This document shows positions 1 to 8,470 of a DNA stretch of 64,000 nucleotides, one piece after another. The stretch is from the NCBI GenBank assembly GCA_963801165.1, contig CAWDDT010000004.1:768001-832000 (forward strand), in the 5' to 3' direction. The notes under the pieces were generated by a model that was not told the origin of the DNA, searched no databases, and saw nothing but the letters and a program-made list of their open reading frames with translations. Numbering within the stretch: the stretch's first letter is position 1; every line of letters starts with the position of its first letter. Source of the stretch: an uncultured bacterium (GTDB lineage: Bacteria; Actinomycetota; Acidimicrobiia; Spongiisociales; UBA5794). Made by a program: the position numbers and the translations under genes.

Positions 1-170
1 TGAGCCCGGATTCTGCAACGGTCTCCTGGGACTGCGAGGGGGACGCTGGCCCGGGATGTCTGCTTCACGAGTTCTGTCCCAGGGCCTGCGATGTGACTTT
101 CGGCCCGTCCCATCTCGGTTCCGATCCAATATCCTGGAGAGCGACGGTACGGCAAGTAGTGGAGGTTGAC

Positions 171-338
171 ATGCTGAACCCCGGTACCAGGGTTCGGAGG
201 ATCACGAAGAAGGTTGGCCAGGCCGCCCCCGAGGGCAAGATCGTGGGCAAGAGCGGCCACGCCTACGAGGTCGAGTGGGACGACGGTCACACCACGATCA
301 CCGATCCGGTAAGTGTCGTCAAGGTCAAGAGCAAGTAG
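171..338 (+). CDS. small SH3-like protein, DUF1918-like
   Basis: ATG at 171 after GGAGG; 55 aa with 'G.IV....YEVEWDDGHTT', which resembles DUF1918. Confidence 0.55.
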   Translation: MLNPGTRVRRITKKVGQAAPEGKIVGKSGHAYEVEWDDGHTTITDPVSVVKVKSK

Positions 339-405
339 CTCCAAACGCTTCTAATCGTCGGGTGTCCGCCGACAGGAAGGCCACAGCAACCTCAATGGAG
401 AAGCT

Positions 406-840
406 GTGGCACACAGAGTTGGTACGCTCGATATTGGAGTGGTCCAGCAGGCCGAGCCGCCCTGGGCCAACTCCACAGAAGAGCACTTCGCCTCGCTCCT
501 GGACAGCTACGGGATCGAGTGGATGCACGAACCGCACAGCTTTCCGATCGGCTTCGACGAGTACGGTCACCCCACCGAGTTCTTCACACCGGACTTCTAT
601 CTCCCGGAGACCGACGAGTACATCGAACTGACGGTCCTCAAGCAGGACCTGGTCACCAGGAAGAACCGCAAGCTGCGGCTTCTGGAGCGCTACCACCCCG
701 AGGTCCATTGCCGGATCATCTACCGGCGTGACTATGAGAACCTTGCGCTCAAGTACGGCTGGCACGACGATGAGGAGTTTCCACAACTCGGGGTGCCGCC
801 GCGGCAGCCGGGGCCGCCCCATGTCCAGATAGCCAGCTGA
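406..840 (+). CDS. PD-(D/E)xK-like nuclease-fold hypothetical protein
   Basis: 'SYGIEWMHEPHSF...FTPDFYLPETDEYIELT' matches the E..PD..ExK-type core, but with ExT. Confidence 0.6.
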   Translation: MAHRVGTLDIGVVQQAEPPWANSTEEHFASLLDSYGIEWMHEPHSFPIGFDEYGHPTEFFTPDFYLPETDEYIELTVLKQDLVTRKNRKLRLLERYHPEVHCRIIYRRDYENLALKYGWHDDEEFPQLGVPPRQPGPPHVQIAS

Positions 841-847
841 GTCGACG

Positions 848-3334
848 CTACGGCTTGCTCAGCGAGCCCTTCAGGTCGTTGCCATAGCCATGCCAGGCCG
901 CCCAGTCATATTCGGCTCCGGCGTTCCACACCCAGTAGCTGCCCCCGGTATCGGTGTACCGGTAATCGTTTCCGTCGATGTGAGCCGTATCTATGGCGTT
1001 GGGTGACGCGCTATTCGCCACGACTCCGGTGTTCCCTGAGTTGGTGATCGTGTTCCCCGTGATCTCGGCGTTGTCTACATTCACCGTGTAGCCGATGACG
1101 ACCACGCCGTTGTGATTGTCGGTGATCACGTTGTTGGTGACTGTGGCGTTCGGCCCGGTGATCTGAATCGCCCCGTTGTAGAACTTGCGGGCCCCATCCG
1201 TGTCTGTCGGCGCCTTGCTCCCGTTGCGGTTGAACACATTGGAGTCGATGGTGACGGCACCGCTCTGATCGTGGCTGAGCCCGGCCCAGTAGTTGTCTTC
1301 CACGACGTTGTCCTGATACGTGGTCCCATTCTTGCTCTGGTACGTCCAGAGCCCGTACCCGCTGTTGTGATGGACGAAATTGTTGCTGACCACGACGTCC
1401 TGGGCGTCGATGATCTTCACTCCGGCGTAGTAGTCACCGACGCTGGAGTCGTAGTTGTTGTAGGCCACCTCGTTGCCGTCGAGAAGTGCGCCCGAGCCCC
1501 CATTGACCACGATGCCCAGATCCTTGTTGTGGTGCACATTGCAGTTCGAGATCGTCGAGGACCCGACGATGGAGATGCCGGCGTTCGTGTTGTGATGCAC
1601 CTCGCAATCACTGATCGTCCAGCCGGTCCCTTCTGCATCAACCGCACCCTTGTTGTGGGCAGTCAGATAGTTGCGAATCTCTATGTTGCTAACCGTCACA
1701 TTGGTGGCGCTACCGGAGAAGGCGTAGATCATCGTGTTGAGACCGTCCATCACGGCACCGTCCTCACCGATGAATCTCTGCCCGGACTTCGGCACGACGG
1801 ATTGGCGTAAATGTGTCCCGGCTTCGATCAGTATCTTCGCCCCCGCCGGCTGGGAGTCGGCGACTTCCTGGATCGACCACCCGACCGGAACCACTGCGTC
1901 GAATCCGGCAGGGACCGCGGGTGGGGTGTACCCCGGTTCGGGCTCGGGCGGCGCCGGGAGACTGAGTCCCCGGCTCAAGAAAGACGCCATCTCCCCTCTG
2001 GTGACCCGGCTGAACGGGCAGAAGTTCGTATTCGCCGGCGGGTTGCATCCCGACGTGATCCCCGACGCCGCGAGACGGTCGATGGCGGATTCAAAGATCG
2101 AGTTGTCGTCGTCGTTGAAGCGGTCGGGTGGCGCCGCCGGGAGATCGAGCGCCCGATCGAGGAAGGCCGCCATCTGGCCGCGGGTGACGTAGTCGCCGGG
2201 ACAGAAACTGCTCGTGCCACAGCCTTTGGTGATCCCCGAGGCGGCCAGGGCGTTGATGTTGGCCTCGAAGACACTCCCATCGTCGTCCGTGAAGTAGTCC
2301 GTCGACGAGTTGGGAAGGCTCAGCGCACGCACCAGAAACGCCGCCATCTGGCCGCGGGTCACCGAGTCGTCGGGGCAGTAGAGGTCGTTGAGCGGTGGAT
2401 TGCAGCCCTTCGTGATCTCGGCATATGACAGCTTCTCGATATTTGCTTTGTGCACGGATCCGCCGATGTCCCGGAAACCACCGACGGGGGCATCGCCACA
2501 CCCGATCCGTTCGCCGCTCAGCGCCAGCGAATCGAAATCGAACGACAGGCTCGCCGGCGCCGTTTCGGTCCCGCCGTAGTAGGTGTCGAACCAGAAGCTC
2601 TTGACGTTGATGCCGGTGTCATTGGTCCCGCGGAACTTGAAGTTGTCCTGGTAGAAGGCGAGTTGCTCGTCCACCCATCCTTCGAGAAGCCCGTCGGCCT
2701 TGCCCGGGGTGTTCATGGCGACGTGACCCTCGACGCAATACCAGGCGCCGTGGCGCAGGGTTCCCGTCTGGGTGTCCCACAAATCGAGGTCGCCATTGTC
2801 GGCTGCCTGGTTGCGGTGGTAGACGTAGAAGCCGAGCTGGGTGTAGTCGTTGCCGCGGTCGTCGCTGGTGGGGGAGAAGAACATCCTGGCGGACCAGCCT
2901 GGTGAGGAGTCGGTCGGTTTGATGTTGTTCCGAGCCGATCCGGAGTACAGCCCTGCCGGGCCCGGCAGTTTGCCGCGGTCGGCTGTGGTGACACCGTCCG
3001 GGATGCGCAGGTAGTAGCGGTAATACAACTCGTCCGGCTCGGTGATGCCCTGGTCCTTGAACTGCCAGTGCAATACCGACCCGTAGTGGGAACCGGCCGG
3101 GATCGACACCTTGATTCCCTGGCCGTCGCTCCCGTCACCGATCGTTGTGATCCGGTTGCGGCCCCCGATGTCGGCGTCGAACCAGGTATCGGCCAGGGCG
3201 GAGGGGCTGCCCGCAAATGACTCATCCAGGTACACGGTCGCAGCGGCCCGCGCCGAAGTCGTGCCGGTCGACAGAGCGCCGAGCACGACGAGCAAAGAGA
3301 TGAACAGGGTCAATAGTGTCTTGCGCATAGTCAT
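848..3334 (-). CDS. secreted polysaccharide-lyase-like (PL14-like) domain + 3 SLH-like repeats + right-handed parallel beta-helix
   Basis: signal peptide; 'GKLPG', 'WSARMFF' and 'DGLLEGWVD' lyase-like motifs; three ITxGC..CP..VTRGQMAAFL repeats; C-terminal 'N.VHHN...G' beta-helix repeats. Confidence 0.75.
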   Translation of the reverse strand: MTMRKTLLTLFISLLVVLGALSTGTTSARAAATVYLDESFAGSPSALADTWFDADIGGRNRITTIGDGSDGQGIKVSIPAGSHYGSVLHWQFKDQGITEPDELYYRYYLRIPDGVTTADRGKLPGPAGLYSGSARNNIKPTDSSPGWSARMFFSPTSDDRGNDYTQLGFYVYHRNQAADNGDLDLWDTQTGTLRHGAWYCVEGHVAMNTPGKADGLLEGWVDEQLAFYQDNFKFRGTNDTGINVKSFWFDTYYGGTETAPASLSFDFDSLALSGERIGCGDAPVGGFRDIGGSVHKANIEKLSYAEITKGCNPPLNDLYCPDDSVTRGQMAAFLVRALSLPNSSTDYFTDDDGSVFEANINALAASGITKGCGTSSFCPGDYVTRGQMAAFLDRALDLPAAPPDRFNDDDNSIFESAIDRLAASGITSGCNPPANTNFCPFSRVTRGEMASFLSRGLSLPAPPEPEPGYTPPAVPAGFDAVVPVGWSIQEVADSQPAGAKILIEAGTHLRQSVVPKSGQRFIGEDGAVMDGLNTMIYAFSGSATNVTVSNIEIRNYLTAHNKGAVDAEGTGWTISDCEVHHNTNAGISIVGSSTISNCNVHHNKDLGIVVNGGSGALLDGNEVAYNNYDSSVGDYYAGVKIIDAQDVVVSNNFVHHNSGYGLWTYQSKNGTTYQDNVVEDNYWAGLSHDQSGAVTIDSNVFNRNGSKAPTDTDGARKFYNGAIQITGPNATVTNNVITDNHNGVVVIGYTVNVDNAEITGNTITNSGNTGVVANSASPNAIDTAHIDGNDYRYTDTGGSYWVWNAGAEYDWAAWHGYGNDLKGSLSKP

Positions 3335-3377
3335 TTGGATCAGAGCTATTTGGATCAGAGTTATTTGGATCCGAGAG
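3333..3377. repeat. 15-bp tandem repeat x3 (ATTTGGATCAGAGYT)
   Basis: atttggatcagagct / atttggatcagagtt / atttggatccgagag, abutting the start codon of 848..3334. Confidence 0.85.
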
Positions 3378-3383
3378 CGTGTT

Positions 3384-3410
3384 TGATCGGCAGTATGGGG
3401 TGGGTCCTGT
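3384..3410 (-). promoter_or_regulatory. possible sigma28-like promoter (ACAG-N15-GCCGATCA)
   Basis: weaker copy of the motif seen at 8235, 42903 and 62447. Confidence 0.35.
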
Positions 3411-3609
3411 AGCTATCGGAAACAAAACCGCGATTTGGGCCCTTTGGTTTTCGGTTCTGCTGCCGATGATTCACGAGACACGCTGGATAGCAGCAGCTAC
3501 CGTTCTTTGCTGCGGGCGGGACGGGCGATATTAGGCGTGTCTATTACCTGCCGAGGGGATCCGTGATCGGATTCAGCTCCCAGGAGACCAGACGACTCGG
3601 GAGAAGACA

Positions 3610-5637
3610 ATGAACTTGAAGAGAATGGTGGCCCTGCTTGCCGCTGTCGTGCTTGCCCTGGCAGGCTGCAGCGGGAGCGAGGGTGACACGGAGACGACGA
3701 CCGGGGACACGACTGCAACCTCGGCTGCGGAAACCACGACCAGCACCGCCGATGTCGCAAGCGGAGCGGTGAGCAATCTCGCGGATGTTCAGGGAGCAGT
3801 TGTTCGGATCGTTGCCGAGGGCAGCTTCGTCGATCCTCAGTACGGCCAGCAGTACAACTCTGCCGGTTCAGGCAGCGGCTTCTTCATCAGCCCCGATGGC
3901 ATCGCGGTGACCAACAACCATGTGGTTACCGGTGCGGCATTTCTCCAGGTATACGTCGACGGTGAAGACCAGCCGCGCAACGCCAAGGTTCTTGGTGTCT
4001 CCGAATGCTCGGATCTCGCGGTGATCGATGTCGACGGCGGCGGGTACCCGTACCTCGATTGGTATGACGGTGACCTGAAGGTTGGCACCACGATCTACGC
4101 CGCCGGTTTCCCGCTCGGTGTCAAGGAGTACACCCTGCTTGATGGGATCATCTCGAAGGCGGAGGCGGATGGCGAGTCGGACTGGTCATCGGTCGACAGC
4201 GTCATCGAGCATTCTGCCGACACCCTGCCCGGCAACTCCGGCGGCCCAATCGTCACCGAGGACGGCCAGGTCCTGGCCATCAACTACGCCGGTGACAGCG
4301 TCGGCCAGTCGTATGGCATCGGTCGCGATGAGGCCCTCAAGGTGCTGCCTACGTTGATGGGGGGCGAGGATGTCACGTCGATCGGGATCAACGGGCTCGC
4401 CATCAACGACGGCTCGATCTCGGGGATCTGGGTCAGCTCGGTGGCCTCGGGAAGCCCGGCAGACCTGGGTGGGATCGAGGCCGGCGACGTCGTGACCCTT
4501 ATCGAGGGTCTGATCCCGGCAACCGACGGCACGATGGCCGACTACTGCGATGTGCTCCGGTCTCATGATCTCACCGACCCGCTCGGTGTCGAGGTGTACC
4601 GGCCGTCCGACAGCGTCTTCATGGAGGGAACCCTCAACACCGGCAAGGTGCTCGAGGTCTCCGCCTCGTTTGAGTCGCAACTCGGCGGCGAGGTCGTTGA
4701 CCCGGGGACAGACGTCACCGGGTACGACTCATATGTGACCCTGGCCGACGCTCAGGGCATCCTCACCGTCGATGTACCGCAGGCGTGGAGCGATGTCGAT
4801 ACCGAGAGCCTGTGGGGCGATGGCGAGACCGCCTACGGTGTCGGCATCTGGGCATCGACCGACTACACGGCGTGGAACACCGGTTGGGACGCACCAGGGA
4901 TGTTCTTCGGCGCATCGGCGACGCTGGCGGCGTCTGAGTCGGTCAGCTCGCTCATCGATCAGCACGACTACAGCGACGAATGCGCGTACGACGCCAGGTA
5001 CGACTACACAGACAACCTCTATACCGGCGTCTATGACGTGTGGACCAACTGTGGCGGGACCGACACGCTGTTCATCGACCTCGCCGCCGAAACGGCAGGG
5101 TCCGAGGCGCTGATGAATGTACAGGTCGTTGTCGTGACCGATGCCGACCTCGAGGCGCTCGACAATGTCCTCAACACCTTCGTTGTCGACGAGGTAGCGC
5201 TTGGCTCGTTCTCCGGCTCGATGAACGCCTCATCAAGCGGGTCGACCGATACGAGCAGCGAGATCGTCTCGTTCGAGACCCTTATGGACGGCGAATGTTT
5301 CAACCCATACGACAAGGCGTTTGAAGACACCACCTACACCGTGCAGGTGGAGTTGGTGGACTGTGACAGCCCGCACACGGCGGAGGTCTACGGCAACTAC
5401 TTCTTCTCCCAGACGGAGTTTCCGGGCGATGACGAGGTCCAGTCGACGGCAGACGATCAGTGCTACAACCAGTTCGCCGATTATGTCGGCAACAGCTACG
5501 ACGACTCATCTCTGGACTTCTGGTACTACTACCCGAACCAGAGCGGGTGGGACTCCGGTTTCGGGTGGACAATGTGTGCGTTGGTCGACTACGGCGGCGG
5601 TGATCTGGTAGGCAGCGCCTGGCAGTCTGGGTGGTAG
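3610..5637 (+). CDS. lipoprotein trypsin-like (HtrA/S1C) serine protease with PDZ-like domain and C-terminal septum-formation-family domain
   Basis: lipobox LAGC; catalytic motifs TNNHVV, DLAV, GNSGGP; C-terminal 'GECFN..VDCDSPHTAEVY..FPG..C...F.DYVG'. Confidence 0.85.
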   Translation: MNLKRMVALLAAVVLALAGCSGSEGDTETTTGDTTATSAAETTTSTADVASGAVSNLADVQGAVVRIVAEGSFVDPQYGQQYNSAGSGSGFFISPDGIAVTNNHVVTGAAFLQVYVDGEDQPRNAKVLGVSECSDLAVIDVDGGGYPYLDWYDGDLKVGTTIYAAGFPLGVKEYTLLDGIISKAEADGESDWSSVDSVIEHSADTLPGNSGGPIVTEDGQVLAINYAGDSVGQSYGIGRDEALKVLPTLMGGEDVTSIGINGLAINDGSISGIWVSSVASGSPADLGGIEAGDVVTLIEGLIPATDGTMADYCDVLRSHDLTDPLGVEVYRPSDSVFMEGTLNTGKVLEVSASFESQLGGEVVDPGTDVTGYDSYVTLADAQGILTVDVPQAWSDVDTESLWGDGETAYGVGIWASTDYTAWNTGWDAPGMFFGASATLAASESVSSLIDQHDYSDECAYDARYDYTDNLYTGVYDVWTNCGGTDTLFIDLAAETAGSEALMNVQVVVVTDADLEALDNVLNTFVVDEVALGSFSGSMNASSSGSTDTSSEIVSFETLMDGECFNPYDKAFEDTTYTVQVELVDCDSPHTAEVYGNYFFSQTEFPGDDEVQSTADDQCYNQFADYVGNSYDDSSLDFWYYYPNQSGWDSGFGWTMCALVDYGGGDLVGSAWQSGW

Positions 5638-6005
5638 TAAACATCCTTCCTGAACCCTGGATCGAGCGGGTGATCCGCAAGGCCCAGGACGAGGGGAAGC
5701 TGGACGTAACCGGGAGTGCGGGCCGGCCGATACCCGGCCTGGCCCGCCCCTACGACCCCGCCTGGTGGGCGCGCAAGTGGATGACCGCCGAGCGAGCCCG
5801 TGCGCTATCCACCGAGGTGGCTCGCTCGATCGAGCATGCTCTACCGCGTGTCCTCGCCAGAGAGACGCTCCCCGAGATCCGCCAGGGCCTCGAGACGCTG
5901 AACGCGAGCATCGAGCAGCACAATGGGTGTAACCCGGATCATTCACTGCCACTCCTCGACGTAGGACAACTCATCGCCAGGCGAGCAACACGCCGCCACG
6001 TCTGA
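5631..6005 (+). CDS. DUF1992 (DnaJ-C28-like) domain protein
   Basis: 'IERVIRKAQDEGKLD..G.AGRPI......DPAWW'; overlaps the stop of the protease gene. Confidence 0.75.
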   Translation: MVVNILPEPWIERVIRKAQDEGKLDVTGSAGRPIPGLARPYDPAWWARKWMTAERARALSTEVARSIEHALPRVLARETLPEIRQGLETLNASIEQHNGCNPDHSLPLLDVGQLIARRATRRHV

Positions 6006-6211
6006 CCGGCCGGTCGATTCGAACCTCAGTGGACGTGTGGCAGCGACGGGGGGAGGGGCAAAACCAACGGCGACTACCGCTCGTCCTGCCCCGGTTCGTC
6101 CGGGCTACGCCCGGCCGATCCCTCCGAATCTTCAATCCACGGTTGCCTTCATCGCCTTCGCTTTGCCGACGTCGGCGACGCTGACGTCACCTCTCCAGGG
6201 AGAAGGAATTC

Positions 6212-6259
6212 ATCCCCTCCGGGAGGATCGACCGGCCCGGAGGGCCAGGTCGAGGAGGG
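6212..6259. repeat. degenerate REP-like hairpin related to the 50281 array unit
   Basis: GGGAGGA-TCGACCGGCCC-GGAG-GGCCAGGTCGA-GGAGGG has the same layout as GGGGGA-TCGGACGGCC..GGCCGTCCGA-GGGGGG. Confidence 0.4.
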
Positions 6260-6393
6260 CTTTGCGAACGGGTCGAGATTCATGGCAAGAGCGCAACCCG
6301 GATCGCCCAGAAGGCTGATGAAATAGACCTCTTCACCACCCGGGACGCCCAAACCGTGAGAACGCCGCGACCCGGGATGGTCGCAGACGATAG

Positions 6394-8199
6394 CTATCCG
6401 TCGAGGGCTCGTTCCAGGAAGGCGGCCATCTGCTCTCTGGTCACGCGGTCCCGAGGGCAAAACAGGTCGTTGGCCGGTGGGTTGCAGCCCTTGGTGATGC
6501 CTGCGGTGGCGAGCTTGTTTATGGAATCGACGAAGACCGACCCGGCAACGTCCTTGAACTGGACGCCAGCATCCTGCTCGGACAGGGCGAGGGCTCGTAC
6601 GAGGAACGCCGCCATCTGCTCTCTGGTCACGTAGTCGTTGGGGCAGAACTCGTCGTTTAAGGGCGGGTTGCAGCCCTTGGTGACCCCGGCCGTCGCCAGA
6701 CGGTCGATCGAATCCTCGAACACGGAGCCGTCGTCATCGGTGAACAGGTTGCCATCGCCGTCGTCGGTGTAACCAAGGGCTCGCACCAGGAACGCCGCCA
6801 TCTGACCCCTCGTCACGTAGTCGGTAGGGCAGAAACTCGTGTCGCCGCATCCCTTGGTTATCCCGGATTCGGCAAGCCACAGGATGTTGTCGAGAAAAAC
6901 CGAGTCGGCGATGTCGTCGAAACCGATGAGCTGGATCTGGAAGCCGTCCGCTGTCTCCCCGAGCACCTTCAGCACTGCTCCCTGGGCGAGGAGGTCCTCT
7001 CCCTGATCGAGATCGAGCTGCAATTGCTCACCAACCGCAGTGACGTGATCGAGCGTATGCGGCGCCGGGGGATAGGTGTAGACCCGCGACGTCGCCCCTC
7101 CGAGCGGTTTTATGACGTCGTCGGCCGGGTCACGCCACCACTGCTCGATGTAGTGAGATGTGATCCCCTGGAAGCTGTCCGGGATGCGGTCGATATCGGA
7201 GCTGATCCGGGCGTCGAGGGTGACCAGCGAATACTGGTATCCGGTGGGGAGGATCACCATCTGGATTCCGTCGACCCCTACGGGGGCGATCGTCAGATCG
7301 ACGACGCCGCCCGTGTAGAAGACGACATCCGATGGGTCTATCCACCCGGCGCGATACCGGTTGAAAGCCAGCGTCGAGTACGGGTACTCCACCCGCCGCC
7401 CGAGCAGGCTGGCCGGGTCGTTGCCGCTCATGTAGTCGATGGGATTATCGTATTCGTCGATGTAGGTGTTGCCCGATCCGTCGGTGAGCACCTCGCCGGA
7501 ATAGGAGTGGGGGAAGCTGATCATGTGGCCGACCTCGTGGGCTGCCGTGGTGATATGCGGGTCGTATCCAAAGAACGACTTCACCGATTCCCCCTCGATC
7601 ACCGCCCACCGGCCGTTGCCGGGAAACGTCGTGTCGGCCGGGTTGGCGCAGTTGTAGCAGTACGTGCCGGGCGTCCCCTGACCCTCGTTCGACGTGTTGT
7701 CGAGGATGCCGAGGGCCCCTTCGTCGCTCCACAACGGGTTGGCCTGTTCGCGCATAGCGTTCTCGCAGTCGCTCCACACCGACTGGGCGTCATCGAGGGT
7801 GAGGGTCTTCCGGGAGATGAACTGCGGCGTGTACAAACCACCCGATATCCCGTCGTAGAAGGGGACGACCTGGTTGTTGAGAACCTGGGTGGCGCTGGCC
7901 AGGTTGATCCCGGCAGTCGCACCGGGCCAGGTGCACACGTACACCCCTATCTGGTCGGTTCCCAGCGAGTAGCGTTTGGTGTCGTTGGGCCACACGATGA
8001 TCTGCAGCTTGTCGCCGGAGTACTCGGTGAGCGCCGATAGTGAGATCGGTCCGCTGTCGTAGGCGGGGGCGACGACGTCGTCCTCGAGCGGGGCGGCCGT
8101 GTTGCCGGCGAACGAGTTTGGTCCGCTCGCGGCGCCGGCCGGCACACCCGCCAGCACTGGTGCCAGTGCGACGACGGCGATAGCGATAATCCTGCGCAT
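6394..8199 (-). CDS. secreted zinc metallopeptidase (metzincin-like) + 3 SLH-like repeats
   Basis: signal peptide from ATG 8199; HEVGHMISFPH zinc motif and Met-turn DYMSG; three C-terminal SLH-like repeats. Confidence 0.8.
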   Translation of the reverse strand: MRRIIAIAVVALAPVLAGVPAGAASGPNSFAGNTAAPLEDDVVAPAYDSGPISLSALTEYSGDKLQIIVWPNDTKRYSLGTDQIGVYVCTWPGATAGINLASATQVLNNQVVPFYDGISGGLYTPQFISRKTLTLDDAQSVWSDCENAMREQANPLWSDEGALGILDNTSNEGQGTPGTYCYNCANPADTTFPGNGRWAVIEGESVKSFFGYDPHITTAAHEVGHMISFPHSYSGEVLTDGSGNTYIDEYDNPIDYMSGNDPASLLGRRVEYPYSTLAFNRYRAGWIDPSDVVFYTGGVVDLTIAPVGVDGIQMVILPTGYQYSLVTLDARISSDIDRIPDSFQGITSHYIEQWWRDPADDVIKPLGGATSRVYTYPPAPHTLDHVTAVGEQLQLDLDQGEDLLAQGAVLKVLGETADGFQIQLIGFDDIADSVFLDNILWLAESGITKGCGDTSFCPTDYVTRGQMAAFLVRALGYTDDGDGNLFTDDDGSVFEDSIDRLATAGVTKGCNPPLNDEFCPNDYVTREQMAAFLVRALALSEQDAGVQFKDVAGSVFVDSINKLATAGITKGCNPPANDLFCPRDRVTREQMAAFLERALDG

Positions 8200-8234
8200 A
8201 TCCGGTAGAGACCTCCGATGGGGAACTCTATCGG

Positions 8235-8262
8235 GCATCGGCGTTTGTGCACCCGGACTTGA
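8235..8262 (-). promoter_or_regulatory. sigma28/WhiG-like promoter TCAAG-N15-GCCGATGC
   Basis: minus strand tcaag tccgggtgcacaaac gccgatgc, about 35 nt upstream of ATG 8199. Confidence 0.5.
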
Positions 8263-8273
8263 CAAGATGCCTG

Positions 8274-8434
8274 AGCCTGAATCCACGGTTGCGGCTTGTC
8301 GGATCGGTCGATTGTTCCGCCAATACGGGTCATTTGACCGTCTTCACGCTTTCGGTGGACGAGCCAGTAGCGCGAGGCTCCGAGGTCATTGCCGAATCGA
8401 GCGATTCTTCCTCCCGAATCCGTGGATCCAGGCT
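8274..8434. repeat. intergenic element with 15-bp imperfect terminal inverted repeats; right half recurs inverted at 50912-50990
   Basis: AGCCTGAATCCACGG (8274) vs CCGTGGATCCAGGCT (8420) match 14/15; 8361-8435 is close to the reverse complement of 50912-50990. Confidence 0.6.
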
Positions 8435-8470
8435 ATGGGAAGAACGGGCTCATGGTTGCCGCAGGTCGAG

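Noticed and set aside
6134-8292. 13-bp direct repeat AATCCACGGTTGC flanking the peptidase-SLH gene as att sites
   Set aside because: A 13-mer match is expected by chance in 64 kb and there is no integrase; it may just be a fragment of the 8274 element end.
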